A stretch of 64,000 nt of DNA from Sphingomonas sp. Lineage in GTDB: Bacteria; Pseudomonadota; Alphaproteobacteria; Sphingomonadales; Sphingomonadaceae. Where the stretch lies: NCBI GenBank assembly GCA_035493275.1, contig DATJIN010000003.1, positions 3,011 to 67,010 on the forward strand. Direction: 5' to 3'. The position numbers and the translations under genes are program-made. Position 1 is the first letter of the stretch; each line of letters begins with the position of its first letter. The notes under the pieces were generated by a model. The model searched no databases. It saw nothing but the letters and a program-made list of their open reading frames with translations, and was not told where the DNA came from. This document shows, piece by piece, positions 8,376 to 17,249 of the stretch.

Positions 8376-9971
8376 TCAGGCCTTCTTTGCCGCAGCCTTT
8401 TTGGCGGGCGCCTTGGCCGCCGGCGCCGCCTTGGTCGCCGCCTTCTTTACCGGCTCGGCCTTGACGGCGTCGTCAGCGGCAGCCTGTTTGGCGACCGGTT
8501 TCTTGGCAGGTGCCTTTTCGGCAGGCGCTGCGTCAGCCTTTTCAGTCTTAGCGGGCGCCGCCTTCTTCGCGGCCGGCTTCTTGGCGGATTTGGCGCCGTG
8601 ATCGTGATGATCATGGCCACAGCCCGGGCCGTGGACATGGCCCTCTTCCGCCTCGATCTCAGCTTCGAGCTCTTCGCGGGTCGCCTTGCGGTCGGTAATC
8701 TCGGCCTTGCCGAACCGGAAGTCGACGACCTTGTCTTCGTAGAGCGGGGCCCGCAGCTGCGCGGCGGCCATCGGCTCGTTCTGGACATACTGCACGAAGC
8801 GTTCGCGATCCTTGGGATCGTACTGCTGCGCGGCCTGCGCGATCAGGCGCTGCATTTCCTGCGCCGTAACTTCGACGCCGTTGGCCTGGCCGATTTCACT
8901 GAGCAGCAGGCCCAGGCGCACGCGGCGTTCAGCGATGTGGCGATAATCGTCGCGCTCGGCTTCCATTTCCGCCAGCGCGGCCTTCGGATCGGCTTCGTGG
9001 CTCGCTTCGTGTTCGAGCTGCTGCCAGATCTGGTTGAATTCGGCTTCCACCATCGACGGCGGCACGTCGAAGCTGTGCCCTTCGGCGAGCTGGTCGAGCA
9101 GCTTGCGCTTCATATGAGTGCGCGTGAGTCCGTTCAGTTCCTGCTCGGCCTGGCCCTTGAGCAGGCCCTTGAGCTGCTCGAGGCTTTCGAGACCGAGCTG
9201 CTTGGCGAATTCGTCGTCGATCTTGCTCTCGGCGGCGGTCTTCACCTCGTTGATGACCAGGTCGAACGTCGCGGCTTTCCCGGCCAATTCCTTGGACGTG
9301 TAATCCTTGGGGAAGGTGACGTTGATCGTCTTTTCGTCATTCGCTTTCACGCCGACGAGCTGATCTTCGAAACCCGGGATCAGACGGCCTGAGCCGATCT
9401 CGACCTGCATGCCCGTCCCGGTGCCGCCGTCGAACGCGACGCCATCGACCTTGCCGACAAAATCCATATCGACAAGGTCGCCGGTTTTCGCGGCGTGCTT
9501 GGCGGGGGCACTTTCGAAACGCTTGTTGTTGCCGGCGAGCTGCTTGAGCTGTTCGTCGATCACCTTGGCGTCGGGCTCGACCGTCAGGCGCTCGAGCTTC
9601 AATTTGTCGATCGACGGCGCCGGCACCTGCGGCAGCACTTCAAGCGACATGGTGATCTTGGCATCCTTGCCCGGCTCATAGCCGTCGGCCAATTCGACCG
9701 CGGGCTGCATCGCGGGACGCAGCTGGTTGTCGCCGATGACCTTCTGCACGCCTTCCTGGATCGCGGTATTGAGCGCATCCTGCATCAGCTGCGGGCCGTG
9801 CATCTTCTTGACGAGGTTCGCCGGCACCTTGCCGGGACGGAAGCCGGGCATGCGGATCTGCGGCGCGACCTTAGTCACTTCCGCATCGACACGCGCTTCG
9901 ATGTCCTTGGCGGGGATGGTCAGCGTATAAGCGCGCTTCAGGCCTTCGTTCACGGTCTCGGCGATCTTCAT
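8376..9971 (-). CDS. tig: Trigger factor with His-rich and Lys/Ala/Pro-rich C-terminal extension
   Basis: GFRPGKVP ribosome-binding motif, FKBP domain LIPGFEDQL; start ATG 9971. Confidence 0.97.
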   Translation of the reverse strand: MKIAETVNEGLKRAYTLTIPAKDIEARVDAEVTKVAPQIRMPGFRPGKVPANLVKKMHGPQLMQDALNTAIQEGVQKVIGDNQLRPAMQPAVELADGYEPGKDAKITMSLEVLPQVPAPSIDKLKLERLTVEPDAKVIDEQLKQLAGNNKRFESAPAKHAAKTGDLVDMDFVGKVDGVAFDGGTGTGMQVEIGSGRLIPGFEDQLVGVKANDEKTINVTFPKDYTSKELAGKAATFDLVINEVKTAAESKIDDEFAKQLGLESLEQLKGLLKGQAEQELNGLTRTHMKRKLLDQLAEGHSFDVPPSMVEAEFNQIWQQLEHEASHEADPKAALAEMEAERDDYRHIAERRVRLGLLLSEIGQANGVEVTAQEMQRLIAQAAQQYDPKDRERFVQYVQNEPMAAAQLRAPLYEDKVVDFRFGKAEITDRKATREELEAEIEAEEGHVHGPGCGHDHHDHGAKSAKKPAAKKAAPAKTEKADAAPAEKAPAKKPVAKQAAADDAVKAEPVKKAATKAAPAAKAPAKKAAAKKA

Positions 9972-10016
9972 CGGTCTGTCTAATCTTCCTAATGGGCCAC
10001 GATTCAGGCGAAGTGC

Positions 10017-10101
10017 TGGTGCGGGCGAAGGGACTCGAACCCCCACATCTTGCGATACCAGAACCTAAATCTGGCGCGTCTACCAGTTTCGCCACGCCCG
10101 C
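10017..10101 (-). tRNA. tRNA-Leu(TAG)
   Basis: GCGGGCG acceptor stem, CCAGA-TT-TAG-GT-TCTGG anticodon arm, long variable arm, GTTCGAGTC, encoded CCA. Confidence 0.97.
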
Positions 10102-10216
10102 GGCCGGACTGCTCGGCAAGCGCGCGCCCTTAGCAGCAGGGGCGCGAAAGGCAAGGGAGCGCCCCACGGAGCATTGGCGCCGGTTCGCGCGTTGGACGGG
10201 GCAAAGGAGCGAATTT

Positions 10217-10348
10217 ATGGCCACTATCCCCCCGCCCGATCCTCAGCCGGACCAAGGGCCGGTCGAAACCCCGCAGCCGAGCACGCCGCCTGCTGAGGTT
10301 CAGCCCATTCCGGGCGACGTTGATGTGCCCGACCCGGGCGTTGAATGA
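10217..10348 (+). CDS. 43-aa Pro/acidic-rich small protein
   Basis: AAGGAG RBS ahead of ATG 10217; MATIPPPDPQPDQGPVETPQPSTPPAEVQPIPGDVDVPDPGVE. Confidence 0.6.
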   Translation: MATIPPPDPQPDQGPVETPQPSTPPAEVQPIPGDVDVPDPGVE

Positions 10349-10354
10349 CGTTTC

Positions 10355-10786
10355 TTACTGGTCGTAGGAGTAGTAGCGTTCGTTGCCGACGAACCCGAAC
10401 TTACTGATCTGACTGCGTTTAACTGCCGCCAGCACGCGATCGACCGTGTCGAAGCGTGCATCGGCAGCGGGTTGGAAGTGCAATTCGGGCTCGGGCGTCA
10501 TCACGCGAGTCCGGTCGAGATAGACGCGCAATGTCGCCAGGTCGATCGACCGTCCGTTCCACAGGACGGCGCCCGCGCGATCTACGGTCAGCGTGTTGAC
10601 CACGGGGTCTGGCCACTGCGGCGGCAGTGGCTTATCGATGCGTGGCAAATCGACCCGCACCGCATGTGTCTGCAGCGGAATGGTGATGATGAACATCACC
10701 AGCAGCACGAGCATGATATCGATCAGCGGCGTCGTGTTTAGATCGCCCATCGGGGCATCGTCGGCGTGGGTATTCGCGAAGCTCAT
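10355..10786 (-). CDS. exbD: ExbD/TolR family protein (third copy)
   Basis: LNTTPLIDIMLVLLVMFII TM motif with the essential Asp. Confidence 0.92.
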   Translation of the reverse strand: MSFANTHADDAPMGDLNTTPLIDIMLVLLVMFIITIPLQTHAVRVDLPRIDKPLPPQWPDPVVNTLTVDRAGAVLWNGRSIDLATLRVYLDRTRVMTPEPELHFQPAADARFDTVDRVLAAVKRSQISKFGFVGNERYYSYDQ

Positions 10787-10809
10787 GGTGTGATCCCTTG
10801 CGACTCGAT

Positions 10810-10830
10810 TGATGTTATGGTGTCACATCA
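10810..10830. promoter_or_regulatory. Palindromic operator-like site upstream of the third exbD
   Basis: TGATGT-TATGGTGTC-ACATCA dyad. Confidence 0.45.
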
Positions 10831-10880
10831 CGCGAAAGGCGCAAGAGGAAATTGCCCCCGTTCTAGCCGACCGCAGGCAC

Positions 10881-10908
10881 AAAAAAGGCGGGACACGTCC
10901 CGCCTTTT
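10881..10908 (-). terminator. Intrinsic terminator after the second exbD (bidirectional shape)
   Basis: AAAAAA-GGCGGGAC-AC-GTCCCGCC-TTTT. Confidence 0.85.
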
Positions 10909-10932
10909 CGCTAGCTGTGCCTGAAGGCCAAG

Positions 10933-11367
10933 CTATTGGTTGTAATTGTAATAATTCTCGTTGCCGACGAAGCCGAACTTCGAGACCTGGCTGCGCTTTA
11001 CAGTGGCCAGCACGCGATCGACCGTGTCGAAACGCGAATAGGCGTCTGGCTGGAAGTGCAGCTCGGGTTCCGGAGTCATCACGCGGGTCCGATCAAGATA
11101 CACGCGCAGCGTCGCCATATCTATCGGCGTCCCGTTCCACAGAATCTGCGAAGCAGGACTGATCGTCAGGTTGTTCACCACCGGGTCGATCGGCGGCTTG
11201 GGCTGATTCGGCGGCGTCTGCGCGGGAAGGTCGATCTTCACCGCGTGCGTCTGGATCGGGATGGTGATGATGAACATGACGAGGAGCACGAGCATGACGT
11301 CGATCAACGGCGTCGTGTTCATTTCACCCATCGGTTCGTCTTCGCCGCGGCCCATTGAGACGGCCAT
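10933..11367 (-). CDS. exbD: ExbD/TolR family protein (second copy)
   Basis: MNTTPLIDVMLVLLVMFII...KFGFVGNE. Confidence 0.93.
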   Translation of the reverse strand: MAVSMGRGEDEPMGEMNTTPLIDVMLVLLVMFIITIPIQTHAVKIDLPAQTPPNQPKPPIDPVVNNLTISPASQILWNGTPIDMATLRVYLDRTRVMTPEPELHFQPDAYSRFDTVDRVLATVKRSQVSKFGFVGNENYYNYNQ

Positions 11368-11397
11368 TGCTATTCTCCTAAATCTGGCTGCTGGCCG

Positions 11398-11892
11398 TTA
11401 GATACGTTCGACACCGACGCCCGGAGGCGGTTCGGAAATGAAGCCGACGCGTACGAAACCGGCACGCTGCATCCCGTAAATCGCCCCACCGACGCACTTG
11501 TAAGGCGTGTTGATGTCAGCACGGATATGCGCTTCCGGGAGTTCCAGGCCGGGGGCGTTGATGCCGCCCTGCTTGGCGATTTCGAGCTTGAGCTTTGCAA
11601 CCGCGCGGTCTTCGAGCTCCTTCGGCGCAACCAGCGTTTGGCCCCAATACACTTCGCACTTCAGGCTGTTCGGCCCGACACCGCGAACGCTCAGCGAGAC
11701 GTTCTCCGGCTTCGTTGTTGTCGGATCGAAACGGACGTTCGGCAATTGCACCTTCACATTCTGAATCACGACCGGAATCGTGATCAGGAAGATGATCAGA
11801 AGCACCAACATGACGTCGACGAGCGGCGTCGTGTTGATGTCCGACATCGGAGCATATTCTTCGTCCGGAGCCGCAGATGAACTGATCGCCAT
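11398..11892 (-). CDS. exbD: ExbD/TolR family protein (first copy)
   Basis: INTTPLVDVMLVLLIIFLIT...HIRAD...RVGFISEP. Confidence 0.93.
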   Translation of the reverse strand: MAISSSAAPDEEYAPMSDINTTPLVDVMLVLLIIFLITIPVVIQNVKVQLPNVRFDPTTTKPENVSLSVRGVGPNSLKCEVYWGQTLVAPKELEDRAVAKLKLEIAKQGGINAPGLELPEAHIRADINTPYKCVGGAIYGMQRAGFVRVGFISEPPPGVGVERI

Positions 11893-11921
11893 GAAATATC
11901 GATCCTTGGAAAGTCAGTAAC

Positions 11922-11947
11922 GGCGGAGTGCACGATGGCACTCCGCC
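11922..11947. other. Intercistronic 10-bp stem-loop between exbB and exbD
   Basis: GGCGGAGTGC-ACGATG-GCACTCCGCC, no U tract. Confidence 0.75.
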
Positions 11948-11961
11948 ATATTGAAAACTGC

Positions 11962-12783
11962 TTAGGCCTTGGTGGTCGGCGTGGTCTGAACACCGCCGGC
12001 AGTCGTCGTCGCCGCAGGACGGCCCGGGGCCGTCGCACGGTTCGAAGCCGCAACCGCCGCCGAAACCGTCGCCGGTTTCACCGAGCCACCCGACGCCATG
12101 TAGCCGTGAACGTCGTTCGAGAACGTCGTCAGTTCTTCCATGATCGCCTTGTTACGCGCCTGCAGCCAGTTGAACGCGAGCACCGCCGGCACCGCGACGG
12201 CGAGACCAATGGCAGTCATGATCAGTGCTTCACCGACCGGACCCGCAACGGCGTCGATCGATGCCTGACCGGCCGCGCCGATCTTCACGAGCGCGCCGAG
12301 AATGCCGATAACCGTACCAAACAGACCGATAAACGGTGCAGTCGAACCGGTCGTCGCGAGGAACGACAGGCCACGGTTGAGCTTAGCAGCGATCGCACCG
12401 CGGGTGCGGGCCAGCGCGTTCAGCGTCCAGTCGTGCTGATCGACTTCGTTGGTCAGCAGGGTGTGCTGCTCTTCCGCACGCAGGCCGTCTTCGACGAGCT
12501 GGCGATAGGCCGAGTCCTTTTCGAGCTTGCTCGTGCCATCGCGCAGGCTCGGGGCGGTCCAGAACGAACCGCGGATCTTCTTCGCCTGAGCCATGATCTT
12601 GTTCTGCTCGAACAGCTTGGCGAACAGGATGTAGAACGACCCGACCGACATGATCACCAGGATCACGAACACGGCGATGGTCAACGGACCGCCTTGCTGC
12701 AGAGCAGGGATCAGGCCGTACGGGTTGCCACCATGAGCGGCCGCCCCGTTGGCGGCAGCGGCGGCTGCGAAAGTGATCAACAT
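11962..12783 (-). CDS. exbB: MotA/TolQ/ExbB proton channel protein
   Basis: LATTGSTAPFIGLFGTVIGI and GEALIMTAIGLAVAVPAV. Confidence 0.95.
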   Translation of the reverse strand: MLITFAAAAAANGAAAHGGNPYGLIPALQQGGPLTIAVFVILVIMSVGSFYILFAKLFEQNKIMAQAKKIRGSFWTAPSLRDGTSKLEKDSAYRQLVEDGLRAEEQHTLLTNEVDQHDWTLNALARTRGAIAAKLNRGLSFLATTGSTAPFIGLFGTVIGILGALVKIGAAGQASIDAVAGPVGEALIMTAIGLAVAVPAVLAFNWLQARNKAIMEELTTFSNDVHGYMASGGSVKPATVSAAVAASNRATAPGRPAATTTAGGVQTTPTTKA

Positions 12784-12818
12784 AATTCGGTCTTCCCTCT
12801 AAAAACTGGTTTCTTAAG

Positions 12819-13460
12819 TTACTTCGGCAGTCGCCAGGTCACACGTTGCGTCTTGGGTTGAGCGATCGGTTGACCGTTCGAATCCAACGCAGGCTTGTAA
12901 CGCCACTTAAGGATCTGACGGCACGTTTCGGCGTCGAGCGTCGGCGTCGCCCCACTCGCGTTACAGCTCGAGACGCGACCGTCCGGGCCGATCACGAAGC
13001 TCGCGACCGACGTGCCCGACTCCTCGTTACGGATGGCCGTCGGCGGATAGAAACTATCGTCGATCGCGCCACCAGAACGCACCACCGCTTGCGTCGCCAA
13101 TTGCGGCTTCGGCGGCGGCGGCGGCGGCGGCGGGGCCGGCGGAGGCGGCGGCGACATCGGCGGCGGCTGCGGCACGAACACCGGGGCCGGCGTGGCCACC
13201 GGCGTCTGCACGATCGGCGGCGGCATGGTCACCGGCGGCGGGGGCAGCGGCTTGTCCGGCGGCGGCGGCGGCGGAAGTTCTTCCGGCGGCGGCGGCTCTT
13301 CCTGCACGTCGAACGTCTTCAGGTCCTTGGAAACCTTCTTGACGACGTCGTACGCCAGGCCGGTGATGAATGCGTACCCAAGAAAAATATGCAGGATAAC
13401 GACGATAACGATCGCCCAGAAGCGACCCGGCGTCATTCCTTTCCGGTCTGTATAAGCCAT
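12819..13460 (-). CDS. tonB: Energy transducer TonB
   Basis: N-terminal TM helix with His (VILHIFLG), polyproline linker, YPPTAIRNEESG C-domain; start ATG 13460 after GGGAG. Confidence 0.92.
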   Translation of the reverse strand: MAYTDRKGMTPGRFWAIVIVVILHIFLGYAFITGLAYDVVKKVSKDLKTFDVQEEPPPPEELPPPPPPDKPLPPPPVTMPPPIVQTPVATPAPVFVPQPPPMSPPPPPAPPPPPPPPKPQLATQAVVRSGGAIDDSFYPPTAIRNEESGTSVASFVIGPDGRVSSCNASGATPTLDAETCRQILKWRYKPALDSNGQPIAQPKTQRVTWRLPK

Positions 13461-13673
13461 TCGGCTGCAAAACTCCCTCACCGAGACCGTTGATGAATGC
13501 GGAACGCGGCAACGCCGATTCCTCTCCATGCGCCGCCCATCGGCTGTGTTTTTTGGGCGACAGCACAAGTCCTAACGAGGGCTAAACGCTCGCGCAATCG
13601 CTTTGTCGGCGGGCACGCCCACCGGGCGTACAGCACGCTTGCCAAGCGCTGGACGACCATGGAGATTGCCGCG

Positions 13674-14453
13674 ATGCGTTTCACCCTGTCCCATTCCGCT
13701 CGCCTGCTGCTTGCCGTAGGTCTTTGTTTTTCCTCAGAAATAGTATCGGCACAGAGCTATGCCGCACTCGCCACGGCATTTGCCGATGCGCCGCTTGTCG
13801 CGCGGGTGAGGGTCATCCGTTCGCAGGAGATCAAGCCGCCGCCGCGTCCCGATCGGGTGCGGTATTTCGTGTCCGCCAACGTCACTTCGCTGATCCGGGC
13901 CCCTTCTCCGCAGCCCCCAGCTGTCGATTTGCTGGCCGATCTGCCGCTCGATTCGCGTGGGAAACGACCCAAGGTGAACAAGAGCGATTGGCTGATCTCG
14001 GCGCGGCCAGTCGGCGGGAAGGTTCAATTGCTGGCGCCGCCGGTGCCGTGGAGCACCGCGACCGAAACGCGGGTGCGCGCCATCACCGCCGAAGCCACGG
14101 CAGCAGGTGCGCCGGGAGCCGTCCGGCGTGTCAGCGGCGCCTATTATTCGCCGGGCAACATTCCAGGGGAAAGCGAAACGCAGATCTTCGTCGACTTCAT
14201 CAACGGGACCAAGGGATCGCTGTCGGTGCTGCGCCGGCCAAATGCCGCGCCGGACTGGCATGCCGCTTTCGGCGAGGTTGCCAGCGACAGCCCGCCGCCC
14301 GCCAGGGACACGCTCGGCTGGTTCCGCCTGGCATGCGGCCTGCCCAAGGTCTTGCCCGAGGCGGCCCTCGGCGAGCTGGACGGCAACGCCCGTACGGCGG
14401 TGGCCGCGGACTATCAGTTCGTGCTCACGCAGCTTGGAGCATGCGACGCCTAG
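13674..14453 (+). CDS. Hypothetical exported protein
   Basis: GGAG RBS, signal-peptide-like MRFTLSHSARLLLAVGLCFSSEIVSAQ; coding-like composition. Confidence 0.7.
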   Translation: MRFTLSHSARLLLAVGLCFSSEIVSAQSYAALATAFADAPLVARVRVIRSQEIKPPPRPDRVRYFVSANVTSLIRAPSPQPPAVDLLADLPLDSRGKRPKVNKSDWLISARPVGGKVQLLAPPVPWSTATETRVRAITAEATAAGAPGAVRRVSGAYYSPGNIPGESETQIFVDFINGTKGSLSVLRRPNAAPDWHAAFGEVASDSPPPARDTLGWFRLACGLPKVLPEAALGELDGNARTAVAADYQFVLTQLGACDA

Positions 14454-15178
14454 AGATTGCCGAAATCGCGTTCGAAACCGCGCAAGCTGGCGCCGCCATC
14501 GACGAACAACGTTTGCCCGGTAACCGACTTCGCGCTGGCAAAGTAGCGAACCGCATCGGCGATATCCTGCGGCGACGGCAAAAGCTTGAGGGGCATCAAT
14601 TCCCGCGCGCGCGACAGCACGGTCTCGTCATGTGCGGGCGACGGCAGCGTCAGCCCCGGTGCGACCGCATTGACGCGCCAGCGCGGCGCAAGGGCCACTG
14701 CAAGCGTGCGCGTCGCCGCGGCCAGCGCCGTCTTGCTCAATGAATAGCTGAGTTGATCGGGCACCGGATTGCGGACTCGCTGGTCAAGAATATTGACGAC
14801 CGCCCCGTCCCCCCCTCGCCGCGCGGCAGCCAGGGCCAGCGCCTGCGGCGCAAGTGCGTTCACCGCGTGAAAACGAAGTAGGCTCGCAGCGCTGGCCGTT
14901 TGCGCATCGTCATCGGCGAACAGTGATGCGCAATTCACCAGCAGCGAGATCGGCTGGCCGAACGCCGATTCGACCTGCGGGACTAACGCTTCGACTGCCG
15001 CCGCATCGCCCAAATCGGCAACGACGCCACGCCAGTCGCCAAGTGTTGCGGCCAGTTCGGCATTGGGTTCGGCCGCATGGTGACTGTGCAGCGCGAGTGT
15101 CCAGCCATCGCGTGCGAGCGCCGCCGCGATTGCCGCGCCGATTCGCCGGTAGCCGCCGGTGACCAGCGCCAGCTTCAT
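14450..15178 (-). CDS. SDR oxidoreductase, pteridine reductase/FolM-like
   Basis: LVTGGYRRIG, LVNCASLF, VNILDQR, YSLSK, RVNAVAPG; coupled to folB. Confidence 0.88.
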   Translation of the reverse strand: MKLALVTGGYRRIGAAIAAALARDGWTLALHSHHAAEPNAELAATLGDWRGVVADLGDAAAVEALVPQVESAFGQPISLLVNCASLFADDDAQTASAASLLRFHAVNALAPQALALAAARRGGDGAVVNILDQRVRNPVPDQLSYSLSKTALAAATRTLAVALAPRWRVNAVAPGLTLPSPAHDETVLSRARELMPLKLLPSPQDIADAVRYFASAKSVTGQTLFVDGGASLRGFERDFGNL

Positions 15179-15543
15179 TGACGATGCCTGATGCGGCGGA
15201 TGCCGATCGATTCGCCCTGCTCGGCAATGGCCAGCTTGACGATGCGAATATCCACGCGGCGGACGCGCGGATCCGAGTTGAGGAGGTTGTCGGCGATGTG
15301 ATCGGCAACCGCTTCGACCAACGTGAAATGCTGCCCCTGGGGCAAATCCATCGCCGCGCGCTTTAAGTCCATGTAATTCTTGGATGCATGGAGCGGCGTG
15401 CCGGGCTCGAATGGACCAGCGACGTCCAGATCGACCGTGATCGAAATCCGCAGAGGCTGCGGCAAATGCGTCTCTTCGGAAAAAATGCCGGTGAGCACCG
15501 GCACTTCGAGGTCATGCACCTCGAGTTGGAGGAGATCAGTCAT
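15175..15543 (-). CDS. folB: Dihydroneopterin aldolase
   Basis: GIFSEETHLPQPLRISI, NYMD, FTLVEAVADHIA, IRIVKL. Confidence 0.88.
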   Translation of the reverse strand: MTDLLQLEVHDLEVPVLTGIFSEETHLPQPLRISITVDLDVAGPFEPGTPLHASKNYMDLKRAAMDLPQGQHFTLVEAVADHIADNLLNSDPRVRRVDIRIVKLAIAEQGESIGIRRIRHRQ

Positions 15544-15601
15544 CGCGGCGCGCGTTAGACGCTTCCATTACGCGCGCCAATCGTTATGGGCGCGCGCCCT
15601 T

Positions 15602-16096
15602 ATGAGCATACGCATCACCCCTTACGCCGAAGCAAATTTGCAAGCCGTCGAGACCTTGCTCGACGCAGCCTTCGGTGCCGACCGTCACCAGCGGACGGCA
15701 TACAAGCTGCGTATCGGCCTGACGCCGCTGCCGGACCTCAGCTTTGCAGCCTTCGATGGCGCGCGCCTCGTCGGCGTGCTGCAAAGCTGGCCGGTTGCGC
15801 TCGACAGCGACCCGCTGGTCCTCGTCGGCCCCGTCGCCGTGCTGCCCGACGCGCAGCAAGGCGGCATCGGCCGCGCGATGATGGACGCGTTGATGCGTGC
15901 CGCCGGCCGACAGCCGATGGTGATGATCGGCGATCCCGAATATTATGGCCGCTTCTTCGGCTTCACGGCGGACACGACGGCCGACTGGGAGTTGCCGGGG
16001 CCGGTCGAACGGCGGCGCTTGCTCGCGCGCCATGCCGGCCATTTGGCACGCCCGGGCGTGCTACACGCCTTTGCGCCGGAGCATTTGTCGGCTTAG
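15602..16096 (+). CDS. GNAT family N-acetyltransferase
   Basis: GPVAVLPDAQQGGIGRAMM acetyl-CoA motif, GDPEYYGRFFGF. Confidence 0.88.
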   Translation: MSIRITPYAEANLQAVETLLDAAFGADRHQRTAYKLRIGLTPLPDLSFAAFDGARLVGVLQSWPVALDSDPLVLVGPVAVLPDAQQGGIGRAMMDALMRAAGRQPMVMIGDPEYYGRFFGFTADTTADWELPGPVERRRLLARHAGHLARPGVLHAFAPEHLSA

Positions 16097-16107
16097 GCAC
16101 GCACGCC

Positions 16108-16671
16108 ATGCCAATGCCTCCACCGCCCGATCTGGACACGATGTCGCTGGCGGACGTCGCCAAGGCGCTTGCCGAAAAACGCCTGCCGCCGGTCGAGCAA
16201 TGGAACCCGGCGCATTGCGGCGACAGCGAGATGCGCATCGCGCGCGACGGCACATGGTTTCACCAAGGTACGCCGATCGGCCGCCCCGCGATGGTCGCGC
16301 TTTTCTCGACAATCCTGCGGCGTGAACCTGATGGCGGCTATGTGCTCGTCACACCCGGCGAAAAACTGGACATCGCCGTCGAGGACGCACCGTTCATCGC
16401 CGTCGAGCTCAAGAGCGAAGGCGTGGGCCACGGCCGGCGGCTGGCGTTCCGCCTCAACACGGGCGATCTGGTGGTGGCCGATGGAGACCATTCATTGCGT
16501 TTCGAGGAGCATGGCGGCGAGCCTCGTCCCTATCTCCACGTCCGCGCCGGTCTCGAAGCACTCGTCGCGCGGCCGGTGTTTTACGAGCTCGCCGAAATGG
16601 CGCTGAGCGACGGTGGCGATCCGCCGGGCGTGTGGAGCGAAGGGCAATTCTTCCCGATGGCAGCGGCGTGA
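16108..16671 (+). CDS. DUF1285 family protein
   Basis: PPVEQWNPAHCGDSEMRIARDGTWFHQGTPIGR, VTPGEK, VEDAPF. Confidence 0.88.
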   Translation: MPMPPPPDLDTMSLADVAKALAEKRLPPVEQWNPAHCGDSEMRIARDGTWFHQGTPIGRPAMVALFSTILRREPDGGYVLVTPGEKLDIAVEDAPFIAVELKSEGVGHGRRLAFRLNTGDLVVADGDHSLRFEEHGGEPRPYLHVRAGLEALVARPVFYELAEMALSDGGDPPGVWSEGQFFPMAAA

Positions 16672-17249
16672 CGCTGGCGGACCGGCTGCGCGCAAGGCTG
16701 GCGGAAACCGAGGGCGCGGCGCCGCCCCTGCCCGGCGATGACGTCGCCAACCCGGTCGGCAACATTCCCGCCGCGGTGCTGATCGCGGTTACCGACCGCC
16801 CCGAGCCCGGTCTGATCCTGACGCAGCGCCCCGAAACGATGCGGCGGCATCCCGGCCAAGTCGCCTTTCCCGGCGGCCGCATAGATCCGGACGATGCCGA
16901 TGCCGTCGCTGCGGCGCTCCGCGAGGCGGAGGAGGAGATCGCTCTTCACCGCAACATCCCGGAGATCGTCGGCACCATGCCGCCCTATCGTACGGTCACC
17001 GATTTCGCGGTAACGCCCGTGCTGGCGGTCATTCCGCCCGATCTGTCGCTGGTGCCGCACCATCGCGAAGTCGCGGCCGTGTTCGAGGTGCCGCTCGCGT
17101 TCGCGCTCGCGCCGGAAACCTGGTCGATCAAGACAGTGATGTTCGCGGGCCAGGAACGCAGCTATCGCGAAGCGATGTGGGAGGAGCGGCGGATCTGGGG
17201 CGCGACGGCGGCGATGCTCGCCAATCTGGCTGCGCGGCTCAAGTGGTGA
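16668..17249 (+). CDS. Nudix CoA pyrophosphatase
   Basis: HPGQVAFPGG, AALREAEEEI, IWGATA; GTG start overlaps upstream stop. Confidence 0.92.
   Translation: MTLADRLRARLAETEGAAPPLPGDDVANPVGNIPAAVLIAVTDRPEPGLILTQRPETMRRHPGQVAFPGGRIDPDDADAVAAALREAEEEIALHRNIPEIVGTMPPYRTVTDFAVTPVLAVIPPDLSLVPHHREVAAVFEVPLAFALAPETWSIKTVMFAGQERSYREAMWEERRIWGATAAMLANLAARLKW

Noticed and set aside
8710-8730. Arg in the Tig segment VVDFRF where a hydrophobic residue is expected
   Set aside because: A single-base change (CGG versus CTG) could be a sequencing error or neutral variant; cannot be judged without reads
9972-10046. N-terminal extensions in the ORF track (tig, rplY, ald, petB, hemF, ntrB, cinA, queE)
   Set aside because: They overlap a tRNA or neighbouring genes; downstream starts match family N-termini and RBS positions
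13100-13300. (GGC)n runs
   Set aside because: They encode the TonB polyproline linker; not a contingency locus or array
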